DNA of 64,000 bases, taken from NCBI GenBank assembly GCA_010093815.1, contig ML996565.1; one strand, given 5' to 3'. The translations under genes were made by a program, and so were the position numbers. Origin of the DNA: Pseudovirgaria hyperparasitica (lineage: Eukaryota). The notes beneath the pieces are model-generated. The model did not search any database. It was given only the letters and a program-made list of their open reading frames with translations, and was not told the origin of the DNA. This document shows positions 29,876-41,658 of this stretch, piece by piece. Within the stretch, counting starts at the first letter, position 1; every line of letters begins with the position of its first letter.

Positions 29876-31081
29876 ATCGAGCGGAAGCCTTAAGATGAGA
29901 ATCTATTTGCTGAGCATGTTGACAATGGTGCCTGATGTATAGGTTACATGCGTTACATCCCTTGAAGCCCTGCTTGTCTACTAGGGCAGCTGTGACCACG
30001 TAGAGTCACTCTTCGAACTTGAGAAGGCATAGACGTTACACTTCTTGCTTGGTCGAAATGACAAAAAGGCTCGCAACGAGGACTTGACCTGTCCTATTTT
30101 ATTTTTGAGATCGCATGGCATTGACAGGCGTTCTTGGTTAGCATTGCGCCTCGAGCGGCGCATGGCAGGTCCGAACGATATGAAACCAATTCGTGATGCA
30201 TGACATGAGCACGTAGCACGAATAGACAATCAACTACCAGCTCTGCACTTCATAATTTCTGTATGTATCTTTGCATAGAGGACTGTGGATGAGGCAATCC
30301 TGGCATATGAACCTGAAGACCAACATCAAACCTTACGTACCTCATAGACTAGCCATGTTTCATTCTATAGAGGTGTTTACACAGATCAAGGCGGCACATG
30401 CTATGATGGTTTCGCATTTGTTGCCTTCGATGATCCATGTCCAGGTTTGTTATTGGTTCGCGGTGGAGGGCCCAACGCCGAAACTACGAAAGAGTCTAAA
30501 AGAAGCCAGCTGATCGCGTGCACCTTATATACCCTGCCTGATACTCCGCATTGGCTTTCCTGCACTTACATTAGATTCGGATCGCAATGTCTCTACAACC
30601 TATCAAGGGCACATCTCTACATCACAAGATCGTGCGGCGTCAACCGCAACAGTGATGGCCCGCGATGACCGCCAGTGTGATGATGCGCTTACAGGTGGAA
30701 CATTTGGGCATACTACACTAAGACTATTGAACTGCCAGCTCTAGGCACTCCTCCGGCAAGCTGTTGGGTTCAAGTTAGAACCCAACAAACTCACAAAGCG
30801 ATACGTTTATTTTTATAAAGGATGAGGCCTGACTTAGCAGGGGCATTCAACAAAAGCTTTGCCTTATCCCTGTAGCCCCACACTACATTCGTCTGGAAAG
30901 CTGTGTTCGCTACACAAACTGACCAGGGTCTTTGCGACCCCTACTGCTTGTTCATCGCTATTCAAGGAAGAAGGGGACGAAAGGGGTTGAGATCCGTTCT
31001 AGTCCTACTATTATATATGAAGTGAAGAGAATCTTCTTTCTGTGTATTTCACTTGAATCGACATCTATCATTGAGGGGACG

Positions 31082-32823
31082 ATGAAGCTGCCGTCTGTAT
31101 TGTTGATTGGCATTTTTGCTGTTTTGGGAAGCACTGTCCATGCTGCCACACCCGATCAATGGCGCTCAAGATCGGTATATCAATTATTGACGGACAGGTA
31201 AGCATCCGATGGGGCTGATGCAGATCAAGCTGATAAAAATAGATTTGCTCGAACTGATACAAGCACCACATCACGATGCAACACCGAAGAAGGACTATAT
31301 TGTGGCGGCACATGGCGAGGCGTGATTAATAAGTTAGACTATATTCAGAATATGGGATTCACTGCTGTCAGTAATGGTCTTGCATCATATTAGAGAAGAA
31401 CGATACTGATGCTTGTAGATCTACATTTCCCCAATTACCTTTAATATCGAAGGCGACACTGGCTATGGCTATGGCTATCATGGTTTCTGGCAACAGAATA
31501 TCTACGAACTCAACAGCAACTTCGGAAGTGCTCAAGACCTAAGAGATCTTGCACAAGCTTTACACGATCGGGGAATGGTGCGTTCTTGTTCCAGAAATCC
31601 GACCAGAACTAATGATGGCTACTAGTACCTAATGGTTGATATTGTCGTTAATCATTTCGCCTGGCCGGGTGCCTTCAATACCATCACCTACAGCAAATTC
31701 ACTCCTTTCAATCAAGCATCCGACTATCACTCGTACTGCCTCATATCTGACTATGATAATCAAAGTCAAGTCGAGAACTGCTGGCTTGGTGACGATAAAG
31801 TATTGCTTCCTGATTTAAATACACAAGATCCAAGGATTGCCAGCACATTGAATGACTGGGTGCGTAGTATTGTGTCAAACTACTCTAGTAAGTTCGGAAA
31901 CCTAGTAATAGAGTTGTAATCATGAGCTAAAACTGCCATAGTTGATGGTCTTCGCATAGATACTGTTAAGCACATCGATAAACTTTTTTTCCCTGACTTC
32001 GTCTCCTCATCGGGCGTCTTCGCTACCGGCGAGGTTCTCGACGGCGACCCTGGTTATCTCTGCGACTACCAGAACTACCTTCCCAGTGTCTTCAACTACC
32101 CTGCGTACGTCCTTATATACTTTACCCCTTTTCTTACTGATATATTCAAGCTACTATCAAGCCATCGCCGCCTTTACTAACTCGTCTGGCTCCATCGCTA
32201 ACCTCGCAAACTCCATCGACGCCATCAAGAACACTTGCAAGGACACGACTCTGTTGGGATCGTTTACAGAAAATCACGACATGCCACGTTTCGCCAGTAA
32301 AACGCAGGATATCAGCCAAGCTAAGAGCATCATCGCATATACGATCCTGGCTGACGGCATCCCCTTTATATATGCTGGTCAAGAACAGCACTACGCTGGT
32401 GGAAAAGACCCGTATAATCGCGAGGCCACGTGGTTGAGCGGGTACAAGACCGATGGAGAGCTTTATAAGCTTGTTCAGGCTCTAAACCAGGTCCGCAATC
32501 GGGCTATCTATGTGGCGGATAGCTATTTGGCATATAAAAACTATCCGATATGGAATGATGCGAACACGATTGCGATGCGAAAAGGATTTGATGGAAATCA
32601 AATCGTGGCAGTGTTGAGTAATAGGGGCGCCGGCTCAGGGAGCGTGGGCATCAGTGTGCCAAATCATGGGTTTGCGGCCGGCACACAACTGTTGGATGTA
32701 TTGGGATGTGCAATGGTCACAGTGGATGGGAACGGATATATCCAAACAACAATCGTAGATGGGGTCCCGAAGGTGTTTTATCCTCTCTTGCAAACAAAGG
32801 GGAGTGGAATCTGTGGAATGTGA
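31082..32823 (+). CDS. Secreted GH13 alpha-amylase (Taka-amylase type), no starch-binding CBM20
   Basis: Signal peptide then [39 protein letters not shown], and catalytic regions [14 protein letters not shown] and FTENHD. About five short introns. Confidence 0.93.
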
Positions 32824-33168
32824 TCGAGGACGATAACAGGACCAATCCCTCAAGATACATGGCAATATATGTCTGATCAATGCGCACAGTATATATGTAG
32901 CCAACCCATGCTATAGCCTAGAGTTGCCATAGCACTTTTAAGGCCTCGTATGAGGTTGTATGGTACCTAACACCTCACCTCAACCACACTTTGTATCCGC
33001 GCACAAAAACAAAAGAAAAACAGTACGCATAATACGCGGCACTTATCCACCCTTCTCCATTTTCCTCATGTTACTTTTGAAATATCGCACACACATACAC
33101 GACTTGACATAACCACGGTCGGCAAGCAATTTTATCTCTTTACCCCTTTTATTGAACCTATAACCACA

Positions 33169-34422
33169 ATGGCCATACCAGCAGCACCACTGCCATGTAT
33201 ATCCTGCATCCATCCATGCCACTGTACCGACCCACCCTATCTCTCGCGCACTCCAAACTCCCCCCGATCCCTCAAGCCTCGCGACCCGCCGTTCATCGCA
33301 ATTGGCGCCGGTGCAAGTAGCATCGTCTATGCCCGAAGAAATCGTCACAATCCGCACCTGTCATCGAGCAGTCCCGCCCGCTGCGTCCTCAAGCGCTCAC
33401 TCAACACCCTCGAAAGTGACCTGGCTATCTGGAACGAATACGTCATGCACGCCCGCGTGCTACAGAGCTTAGCGGAGTGCAAGCCCACGCTCGCACCCAC
33501 AATCTCGGTGCCTGCGTGCCACGACCTCGTGCTCGCAGGTCCACGCTTTGACAATTGGTGGGCAACGCGCGAAGCGCGCTTTCCGTCATCCGAGAAAGAG
33601 CGTGGGTGCATCGCCATATCAGAGCGTATCCGGGGCTTCGGCGGCAAGGAGATCGATGCTGTGGACGATAAGCTGTGGCTTGATGGGCTGTGTCGACAGG
33701 CGATCCAGGGAGAGGAGGAGGAGAGTGTGTTGCTCAGGGTGTATCTGGGACGCACTAAAAGACTGAGTGGGGGAACCAGCCCGGGCAAGTCTGAACTGGG
33801 CGATTATGCGCTGTGTGTGGATCAGATGGAGGCGTTGGAGTTGCCGATGGAAGAGTATGCGCGAAGTATGGCGGAGGTGTTGGCAATAATGTACTTTGAT
33901 GTAGGCATGGATGCAGCAGGGATTGAGTTTGTGATTGCGCCGCCACGGGCGAAACCACGTGAACGAAACGTCGGTAAATTCCAGGAGATGGGCTTGGGTG
34001 GCCCGGATTCACCGTGGATTTCGGAGGCGTTGGGAACGCATACTTTGTGGTTATTGGACTTCGACGAGGTGAAGAACGTGGTATGGGGGCGGGAAGGACT
34101 GGAGAGGGCTGCGATAGCCTTCCTTGATAATAATCCTTACTTCCCGCGACCGGGCCAAAAGCACAAGAGTGATCGCATGTTGTGGAAGGTATTCAAGAGT
34201 AGATTCCTGGAGGCTAGTAAGATGATCATTGGGAGAAAATCGGTCGACGAGGCCGATAAATTGATGGACATGCCGGGGGCGTTCATGAATAAGCTCGAGC
34301 AAATCGTGGACGAGAAGAATCGAGCATCGATTAGGCTCGTATATTCGTTCGAGAATATCAAGGTTGGGGACAACCCTAAGTGTGCTATTCAAGATTTCGC
34401 TTTTGTCTTGTCAAGAACATGA
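33169..34422 (+). CDS. DUF3669-family fungal protein (often labelled 'zinc finger protein')
   Basis: 417-aa intronless ORF with MAEVLAIMY..MDAAGIEFVI..LWLLDFD..NNPYFPRP..LWKVFKSRFL, the pattern I recall for DUF3669. Confidence 0.75.
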   Translation: MAIPAAPLPCISCIHPCHCTDPPYLSRTPNSPRSLKPRDPPFIAIGAGASSIVYARRNRHNPHLSSSSPARCVLKRSLNTLESDLAIWNEYVMHARVLQSLAECKPTLAPTISVPACHDLVLAGPRFDNWWATREARFPSSEKERGCIAISERIRGFGGKEIDAVDDKLWLDGLCRQAIQGEEEESVLLRVYLGRTKRLSGGTSPGKSELGDYALCVDQMEALELPMEEYARSMAEVLAIMYFDVGMDAAGIEFVIAPPRAKPRERNVGKFQEMGLGGPDSPWISEALGTHTLWLLDFDEVKNVVWGREGLERAAIAFLDNNPYFPRPGQKHKSDRMLWKVFKSRFLEASKMIIGRKSVDEADKLMDMPGAFMNKLEQIVDEKNRASIRLVYSFENIKVGDNPKCAIQDFAFVLSRT

Positions 34423-34925
34423 TATGCTTTGGCTAAACACATCAACTTGGCAGTATATATCTACATCTTGAATAGGGGAAGTGCGTACTGTATACAGAGT
34501 AGCTAAGCGAAAGATACAGCCATTTCACATTTTGCATCCTTAGACCAAATCTTGTCGATCTCCATGAAGAAACAGATTTAACGGTATTCGAATTCCAGTT
34601 CCAGAATCATTATGATCATCCTAAGTCGAAGGATCTCTAGCGTCACGTGCGTCGATCAGCGTTGAACGAGGCCTCATATGGGGGCCAAAATCTATAGCTT
34701 AAAATCAACTATAAGAACGATGAGGTGCCGTTTGATGTCACGGTCAACAGGTGACTATTGGCTTTTCCAAGTCCTGATTTGGCTCCTGGCTCTGTCAAGT
34801 TTACGACTAGCATAATTTGATTTTGTTTACACAACGTGCAACTAAAGTCAGGCTGTGTAACGTCGATGAAAACGCTCAAAACCGAACACAGTGTCAATAT
34901 CATAAAGCTCTGCGAAACCTTCAGA

Positions 34926-36448
34926 ATGTGGCCCTTCTGGAGTAAAAAACCCACAGCGCCAGCAACGGTCCCTACGGACAAAATTATACCTCTTCATAAG
35001 ATGGATGATACTCCGATTTTCCGCTCAATGGCCTTCTACTCAACCATGCGTTTTGATGCTGTCCTTGACCCCGAGAAACTTCGAGGTGCTCTGGAGACAT
35101 TGTTGGAGACGGGAGATTGGAGGAAACTTGGAGCACGTCTCCGCCTCAATGTCAGTTTGATCCCAAGTGTGAAGCCATAAGTTAATGCTGAGGTGAATTA
35201 AAGGATACCACTAAGAAGCTCGAATATCATATTCCTGCAAGTTTCAGTGCTGAAAGACCGGCATTCATTTACGTTCGTGAGCGGTTTGAATGCAGGATCG
35301 AAGAACATGCGTTGGCATCTCAGCTACCCAAGGCGTCGATACGGCCAACTGTAATGGCAGATACAGACAGTTTTGAACCTCTTGTTAGGCTGCGGAAAGA
35401 CGCACCGACTAGGCTCGAGGATTGGCTGTATACTGACGAGCCCCAGCTTACGTTGGCTATCGTCTCATTCGAAGATGCGACACTTGTCACTGTCTCATGG
35501 CCTCATACCTTGATCGACGCGGCTGGTCTAGCGTATTTACTCAAAGCCTGGTCGGACATTCTGAGCGGTCATGTTGAGCGAGTACCAGCTATTGCAGGTT
35601 TTGACACGGATCCGCTTGAAACGCTTGGCTCGAAGCCAATAGAGGAACACGTAATGTCTAAATGGCGAGTGAAAGGTTTTCAAATCTTCTTGTTCATCAT
35701 CAATTATATACTAGACATTATTTGGTACCCAAAAGAGTCTGGACGAGCCATCTGCATTCCTCCATCTGTATTCCAGCGGATCAAGGAGGAGTGCGCGACA
35801 TATATTTCGGCGGCTCATTCTATGCACAACGTCAAACTGACTGACGGCGATGTGCTGTCAGCTCTGATAGCTCGCCTTATGTGCGTCAACCTGCCACATA
35901 ACAATCGTACACTGTCCATCGTCAATGTGGTCGAGTTGCGTAGGCCTCTAGCCGAAGATTTATTGCTTCCTGGCAAGGCATATATCTCTAACGCTGTCAT
36001 TGGGGCTGTTGCTTTGACAACGGTGAAGGATGTCTTTACTCAAGCGCTTGGTGCTACGGCGCTGAAAGTCCGAAATGCCATCAGAACACAACGCACACGC
36101 GCACAAGTCGAGACTTTTATGTTTTTCGTCCAAGAGGCTAAAGGTATGCCGGTCTTGTTCGGTGACGGAAACATGAAAATGGTCAATGTGACGAATTGGA
36201 CAGGAGCTAAGTTCTATGAGACGGACTTTTCCGCTGCTATCGTGGGTAATAATGTAGGGCCCCGTAGTGGGGATACGGTCAGCGGCAAACCGAGTTATAT
36301 TAATGTTTCTGGCATCTCGAACGATTTCAAGCGGAGAGGTTCGGCAGCGGTGGTGGGGCGAGACGTGCTGGGGAACTACTGGATTATTCCTTGGATTAAA
36401 AATAACGAGTGGAAGAAGGTAGAAGAGTATATCTCTAGCCTGGAATGA
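34926..36448 (+). CDS. CoA-dependent acyltransferase (transferase / CAT-like fold)
   Basis: ATG 34926 (MWPFWSKK), WRKLGARLRLN before intron ~35151-35203, HxxxD motif (WPHTLIDAAG), and TNWTGAKFYETDFS as a DFGWG-like motif. Confidence 0.8.
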
Positions 36449-36753
36449 AAGTACAAATAGGAGAGAGATATGGTTGGAGGCGTTGTTGGAAAAAGACTGC
36501 TTCTGGCCCGTCGCCGGGATCCGGATAGGCTTAGCGTCGCCCCCTACCCGTTTCTTTAGATAGATTCATGAATCTAGTTTTCTCCTGAAAATCCGGTCTT
36601 ATGCCCTCTGAAGCCTGCGATTTTATGTTACTTCGTTTACCAGATTTTACGCTGTACTTGCCGTGGAACAGCCCCCCTCACAGCAGAGTCCCAAGCCTGA
36701 TACACCGTTTTGTTTATTCTCTATTATGCTAGCCGCATCCAGGCAAGTTCACT

Positions 36754-38010
36754 ATGTTTAAAACCATCCGCAACATCTCTTGGAAAGGGTTCAAATATGT
36801 CTTCCTGCCGACCCTGCCTTTGACGTTCTTCCCTATAGTCATTGGCATCATTAATGGAGTCCATTTCGGTATCTATCATGACCGCATGATACGCGAAAAT
36901 ACGGATAAGTTTCTCTATTCTGTCAAATCGGTCGCAAACGATTGGGGCGTCCCGGGGTTCACCTTTCGCGACTTTCAAGATACAAAAAATGATTACCACA
37001 TAATGCGTATCAACAGTAATGATTGGCTGAAGAAATTGAACCTCATATTGCCGACGGAATACACTGATTGGGACAATGTCGATGCACCCATAAATCAATA
37101 CGCAGATCTTGAACAGCTTGTGGCTGATATGGTTTGTCCAAACGCACCACCAAAGGAGCAGTGGATCTATCTGGCCCGGTACAGAATCTTCGACAAATAC
37201 ACTGAGTGGGGCCAAGCGTTTGACAAGGCTCGGCAGCACGCCTACGCGCCTTCGAAACTAAACGAAAGCCATATCTTTCTTGCCGAATGCTCTGGCACTG
37301 CTGATTTTCTCTGTGGTGTATGGCAGATAAAAGCGCCTGCGCTCTTGCATTTTAAGGTTGAAGACGAAAAGATTGATCATGATGATATTCCAGCCGGGCT
37401 TAGCTACAGAGGGGATTATACACATCTACACCCAGTTACCGCTCGGGTGATCGAATTTCCGCTGGAAAACGCATATCTTGAATTGCCACCAAGCGTGTTC
37501 CCTGGCTACAACGAACAACTACTCTCAATCATGAAAAAGTCCGAACTTGTTGAGCAATTCGACGAACATAATTTATTCATGCAAGAAATGAAGCGACACC
37601 AAGAGGCTGTCAATGAACTGTATGATGCCAAGGGTACGTTCCTCTATTATATCAATGAGGCCGACAGCTGGATCGAGGATAATCTCGTGAAGCCTCTGTC
37701 ACTCGGAGACTTCACAGCACTAGTCCACAGTGTCGTTTTCTTGCTGACCTTCGGAGCTTCGACTCTTGGTGTCTTTGTGCCATTAGAGAAAGCCACGGCG
37801 CTGTTCAGCGAATATACAGGTGCACCGAAAAGAGGCGATTACATATTGGCACAGGAAGACCCAAACGATCCTCTAGGTGGCTGGAACCCTATGTCTGCTC
37901 TATTTGGTGGAATGTCAATGGCATTCAAACAAGTAATGGAGATGGCTGCGAAGAACGCTAGCGAGCAAAAGGCAAGAGAGGCAGTGACACCATTCCCAAC
38001 ACCTCCATAG
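36754..38010 (+). CDS. Hypothetical membrane protein, possible thioredoxin-like luminal domain
   Basis: 418-aa uninterrupted ORF with hydrophobic segments near aa 15-38 and aa ~325-345. Confidence 0.75.
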   Translation: MFKTIRNISWKGFKYVFLPTLPLTFFPIVIGIINGVHFGIYHDRMIRENTDKFLYSVKSVANDWGVPGFTFRDFQDTKNDYHIMRINSNDWLKKLNLILPTEYTDWDNVDAPINQYADLEQLVADMVCPNAPPKEQWIYLARYRIFDKYTEWGQAFDKARQHAYAPSKLNESHIFLAECSGTADFLCGVWQIKAPALLHFKVEDEKIDHDDIPAGLSYRGDYTHLHPVTARVIEFPLENAYLELPPSVFPGYNEQLLSIMKKSELVEQFDEHNLFMQEMKRHQEAVNELYDAKGTFLYYINEADSWIEDNLVKPLSLGDFTALVHSVVFLLTFGASTLGVFVPLEKATALFSEYTGAPKRGDYILAQEDPNDPLGGWNPMSALFGGMSMAFKQVMEMAAKNASEQKAREAVTPFPTPP

Positions 38011-38092
38011 CCTCCTGCCTACAGACATCTGATCTCGTCGACCATTCTGTATTGTGACTTTAGAAGATTTCACGGCCGATCGAGGCCATAGT

Positions 38093-39300
38093 TCAGGCAT
38101 GCCAGTTCAATGTATCGACAGCTCGAAGTAAAGTCTGGGAGGAAGTTTCGATCCCAGTTCCATCATCTTCCAGCCGGTAAAACAAGCTTTCTGTAATATG
38201 AAGTGAGCCAAATTTCGGTATCGCTACAAGGGCGTAAAGCCACTTCATCATCAAGCGACTGTTGCAAAAGGGTTCAGTGTTCACATTCGAAGTGCTTCAG
38301 CAGTGGCCAGTGACGATCTCAGCATCGGTATAAAATCCTGGCGGCGGCGCGCAACAACCACTGTAATGCCCAAATGTATTCAGCAAGACACTTACGGACG
38401 GCATTTCCGATGGCGACTTCCTCATCAGCACCTTCGCTTTAGACATCAATGTTTCCGATCGATCTGCCACGGCCTCAGGCTGAAGGTGTCGCGTTAGTGC
38501 AACTAGAGTATTTGGGTGAGCAAGGAGCGAAGTCAACAGAGGATGGGTAGCTGCTTTATCTGAACTCATATACGAAGATTGTGAGAAGAACCGTGGAAGT
38601 CCTGCCTCCCAATCTGGTGGGATTCGACGGTGCTAGACAACCACTAGATGTTATCTGCTTTTCTGCTTCGACGGGACTGTCCAGATATGCAGGCAAGGGG
38701 GAGTACGTACCAATGGTTTATCAATCACACAGAAAACCCAACATAACAAGCGTATTTGAAGATATGTGCCCATCACGCTTTCTCCTGTAAGCACCTCATT
38801 GCAGACCATTGCAGAATGTTTGCTTCTCTCTGCTTGATTCTAAAAAGGCAAGAGAGATTTTCCGAGGAAGGACGCCTACAGCTTAGAGCATCAATTTAAT
38901 ACAGGTATCTTGACTCGTTCAATACATTGTATAATGTGCATCCGCAGATCCACGAATATAGCGTTTCATTCTTGATAGTTCTCTTCATCCTGTAGATCAA
39001 ATGTAAGGCCTAATGGTGTCTGTCTCATCTTTCGAGGCACACTTGAAAGATACGAGGATGAGCTTGGCCATATAAGTCAGAATTGAAAGCTGGACGTTTA
39101 GAATAATGTAGCTTACTTAGTACTAGCGCCGGTGCGGAGTTACTTCCGTGCGGCTGCAAGCATTTCCCCATCCATTCCGTTCCTGCCTCGGACATATGGA
39201 TGGAGTGATCCGACGATGACGAATGACGACAATGACGATCGGGCAACCCTGTGCCAAAGGGCCAGATGGAACTAGAATCGCATTTAAATCCCAAACGCTA
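38093..39300 (-). pseudogene. Possible degenerate fungal transcription-factor (middle homology region) remnant
   Basis: Fragmented frames. A minus-strand frame at ~38717-38755 reads IRLLCWVFCVIDK followed by a GTACGT donor; other donor-like GTAAGC/GTAAGT sites are present. I could not assemble an intact ORF. Confidence 0.25.
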
Positions 39301-39483
39301 TACGATTGGAGCTTGATTCGTGCAAGAATTTGAACCCTGTCCAGACTCCAACTCTCCACTTGAGCTTCACTCAAGTTCCAGACCCTCATCCAAAACATTG
39401 TGTCTTCTCATTTCCAGAACTTAAACCTCAGACTCTATCCAGACATCGACTGAAAGTGATAAGCTCCACAGCACTATCCTAAC

Positions 39484-40368
39484 ATGTCCGGCGTAACGCC
39501 CAATCTCGCAGCCGACACGCCTGAACGCGCGCGCCTCCGCAGCCACTTCCATAGCGATGATCGCACGAAAGACAGCAGCAAATGGGATGAATTGTACAAG
39601 GAAGGCTTCCTGCCATGGGACAAAGGCTTTCCCAGCCCTGCACTGGTCGATGCACTTGCGCAAAAGAAAGACATCCTCGGATCGCCAATCACAAGAGATG
39701 GGAAGCGGAAGACGGCATTAGTGCCGGGTTGCGGGAAAGGGTACGATGTTGCGCTTTTGGCAAGCTATGGCTATGACGCTTGGGGGCTAGAGGTCAGTCC
39801 GTTGGCCGTGAAGGCGTGCGCGGATTTTAAGCAAGGTATAGAGGAGAGCGGCGAATATAAGGCTGTAGACGGGGAAATTGGAAGAGGGAGTATACATTTC
39901 ATGGAGGGAGACTTTTACAAGAGTGATTGGGTTGAGAAAATTGGAGGAACAGTCGACCTGATCTATGACTACACGGTGTGTATGGCATGCCGTAGAGTAG
40001 AAGCTGGTTCGCTAACACTGCTACCATAGTTTCTATGTGCCATGCATCCTGATCATCGGCCTGCCTGGTCATTCAGAATGTCTCAATTACTGTCACCGAA
40101 GGGCCACCTGTTATGTCTTGAGTTTCCTTCCTACAAAGAGCCTTCGACTGGAGGTCCACCATTCGCTGTCAGAGAAGAGGTATATATTGAGCACCTCAAA
40201 CGCCCAGGAGTTAGGATTCCCTACAATGAGGACGGTTTTATCATCCAGGAACCGTCCGCGAAGCCAAATGAGCACGCGCTGAAGAAGTTGTTGCGCTGGA
40301 AGCCCGATAGAACGCATAAGATTGGTGAGGGGACAGATTGGATGTCGATCTGGAGTCATCATAGTTGA
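39484..40368 (+). CDS. SAM-dependent thiol/halide methyltransferase (TPMT/HOL family)
   Basis: WDELY..LPWDKG, LVPGCGKGYD (SAM motif I), YDYT|FLCA across intron ~39976-40030, and GGPPFAV. Confidence 0.88.
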
Positions 40369-40450
40369 CGAGCCCTCAATCATTTGATCAGATATTGTCC
40401 AAAGAGATCACAACATCAGTCAGAACCACCTGACTGTGTAGACTGAAAGT

Positions 40451-41380
40451 TCAAGGTGCTTTCCGGAGTGAGTTGTAATGCTCTCCCAACCCAAAACCGT
40501 GTCGGTAGTATCCGAGCCAGATCTCTTCCGGGTCTTTCACATTAATGTTTGGCTCAATCTCATCCACCCTACCATCACCGTGCAGAATCTTAATTTTCAC
40601 ACCGTAGCTTTTCGCTAAAGCCATGAGCTCCATATGACCACCCCATTCTCCAGTGTCACGGATCTTTTGGATATAGTCCGATAGGGGCTCCTCCAAAAAT
40701 GGCTCAAAATCGTCCTTATTCCCCTCAATAAAGTCTGCTGCCACTTCCCTGACGATCTTGTACTCGGGTGTAGTGCCCTCGCTAGCATTTGTGTACAGCT
40801 TGGGTGTGATTCGTGGCTTCAGTCCAAGCCCGAGCTGCGTCATCTGATCTGCTACAGCAGAATATAAGCAGTGTCCATCGGCACGAATCTCCTTGACAGC
40901 TAGTCCATGTTCTGAGAAATGCTGAGCCATCTGGTTCTGTTCCTGCTCACGAAGATCCGGAAGAGATGCTGCTTCACTAGCTGCCTGCTCTGCTGCTGCT
41001 GCTTGTTCTGCTGCACGGCGGGCTAGTCGTGCCTTTTGACGGTTGGGCTTCTTATGTGGAGTCTCGTCCTGTTCTGCGGGCTGGCTTTCTGAAGACAATG
41101 CGACATTTTTCATGCTGGCTTCCAGCTGCCCCTCACGGGAGGATCCAGTTGGTTCAACGTCAGGGTCAGACTCGGTGGTAGCATCTTCACTTAGATGTTG
41201 TGTTTCACCAGAAAGAGCCAAGATTTGTTCTTGCTGACGTTCTTTCAGTTCTCGTTCCAGTACGTCGCATTCATCATTGACGCCTTTGCGGGTCTTTTTG
41301 GTCGCCGCTTTTTTCTTCTGTGTGATTTTACCTTGAAGATCTTTCTGCTCTTTGCGATGCCTAGCACGTAGTTCATCCAT
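40451..41380 (-). CDS. OTU2: OTU-domain deubiquitinase Otu2/OTUD6-like
   Basis: RHRKEQKDLQ N-terminus, DGHCLYSA (catalytic Cys), WGGHMEL and GLGEHYNS (catalytic His). Confidence 0.92.
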   Translation of the reverse strand: MDELRARHRKEQKDLQGKITQKKKAATKKTRKGVNDECDVLERELKERQQEQILALSGETQHLSEDATTESDPDVEPTGSSREGQLEASMKNVALSSESQPAEQDETPHKKPNRQKARLARRAAEQAAAAEQAASEAASLPDLREQEQNQMAQHFSEHGLAVKEIRADGHCLYSAVADQMTQLGLGLKPRITPKLYTNASEGTTPEYKIVREVAADFIEGNKDDFEPFLEEPLSDYIQKIRDTGEWGGHMELMALAKSYGVKIKILHGDGRVDEIEPNINVKDPEEIWLGYYRHGFGLGEHYNSLRKAP

Positions 41381-41658
41381 CGCAACCACCTGGAAGGGCA
41401 GAATGACAGTGCTTGGATATCACGGGATGTACTGTATTCAGTGTTTGCAGTAATTATCAAAATTTAGTACAAGCCATAAGCTAGTTGCGCCCACGCTAGT
41501 CCCAAACAGTGAAGGATCGCTCAGCCGAGGCAGCTCGGTATCGATAGACACATCTCTGGGGAAGCTCCCGCAATGAAGTCTGCGTCTGCAACATCTCACC
41601 CCTCTTCACCCTTTACATTCTGTACATGTTTTCGAATTCTTAGTGTATATATACCAAT

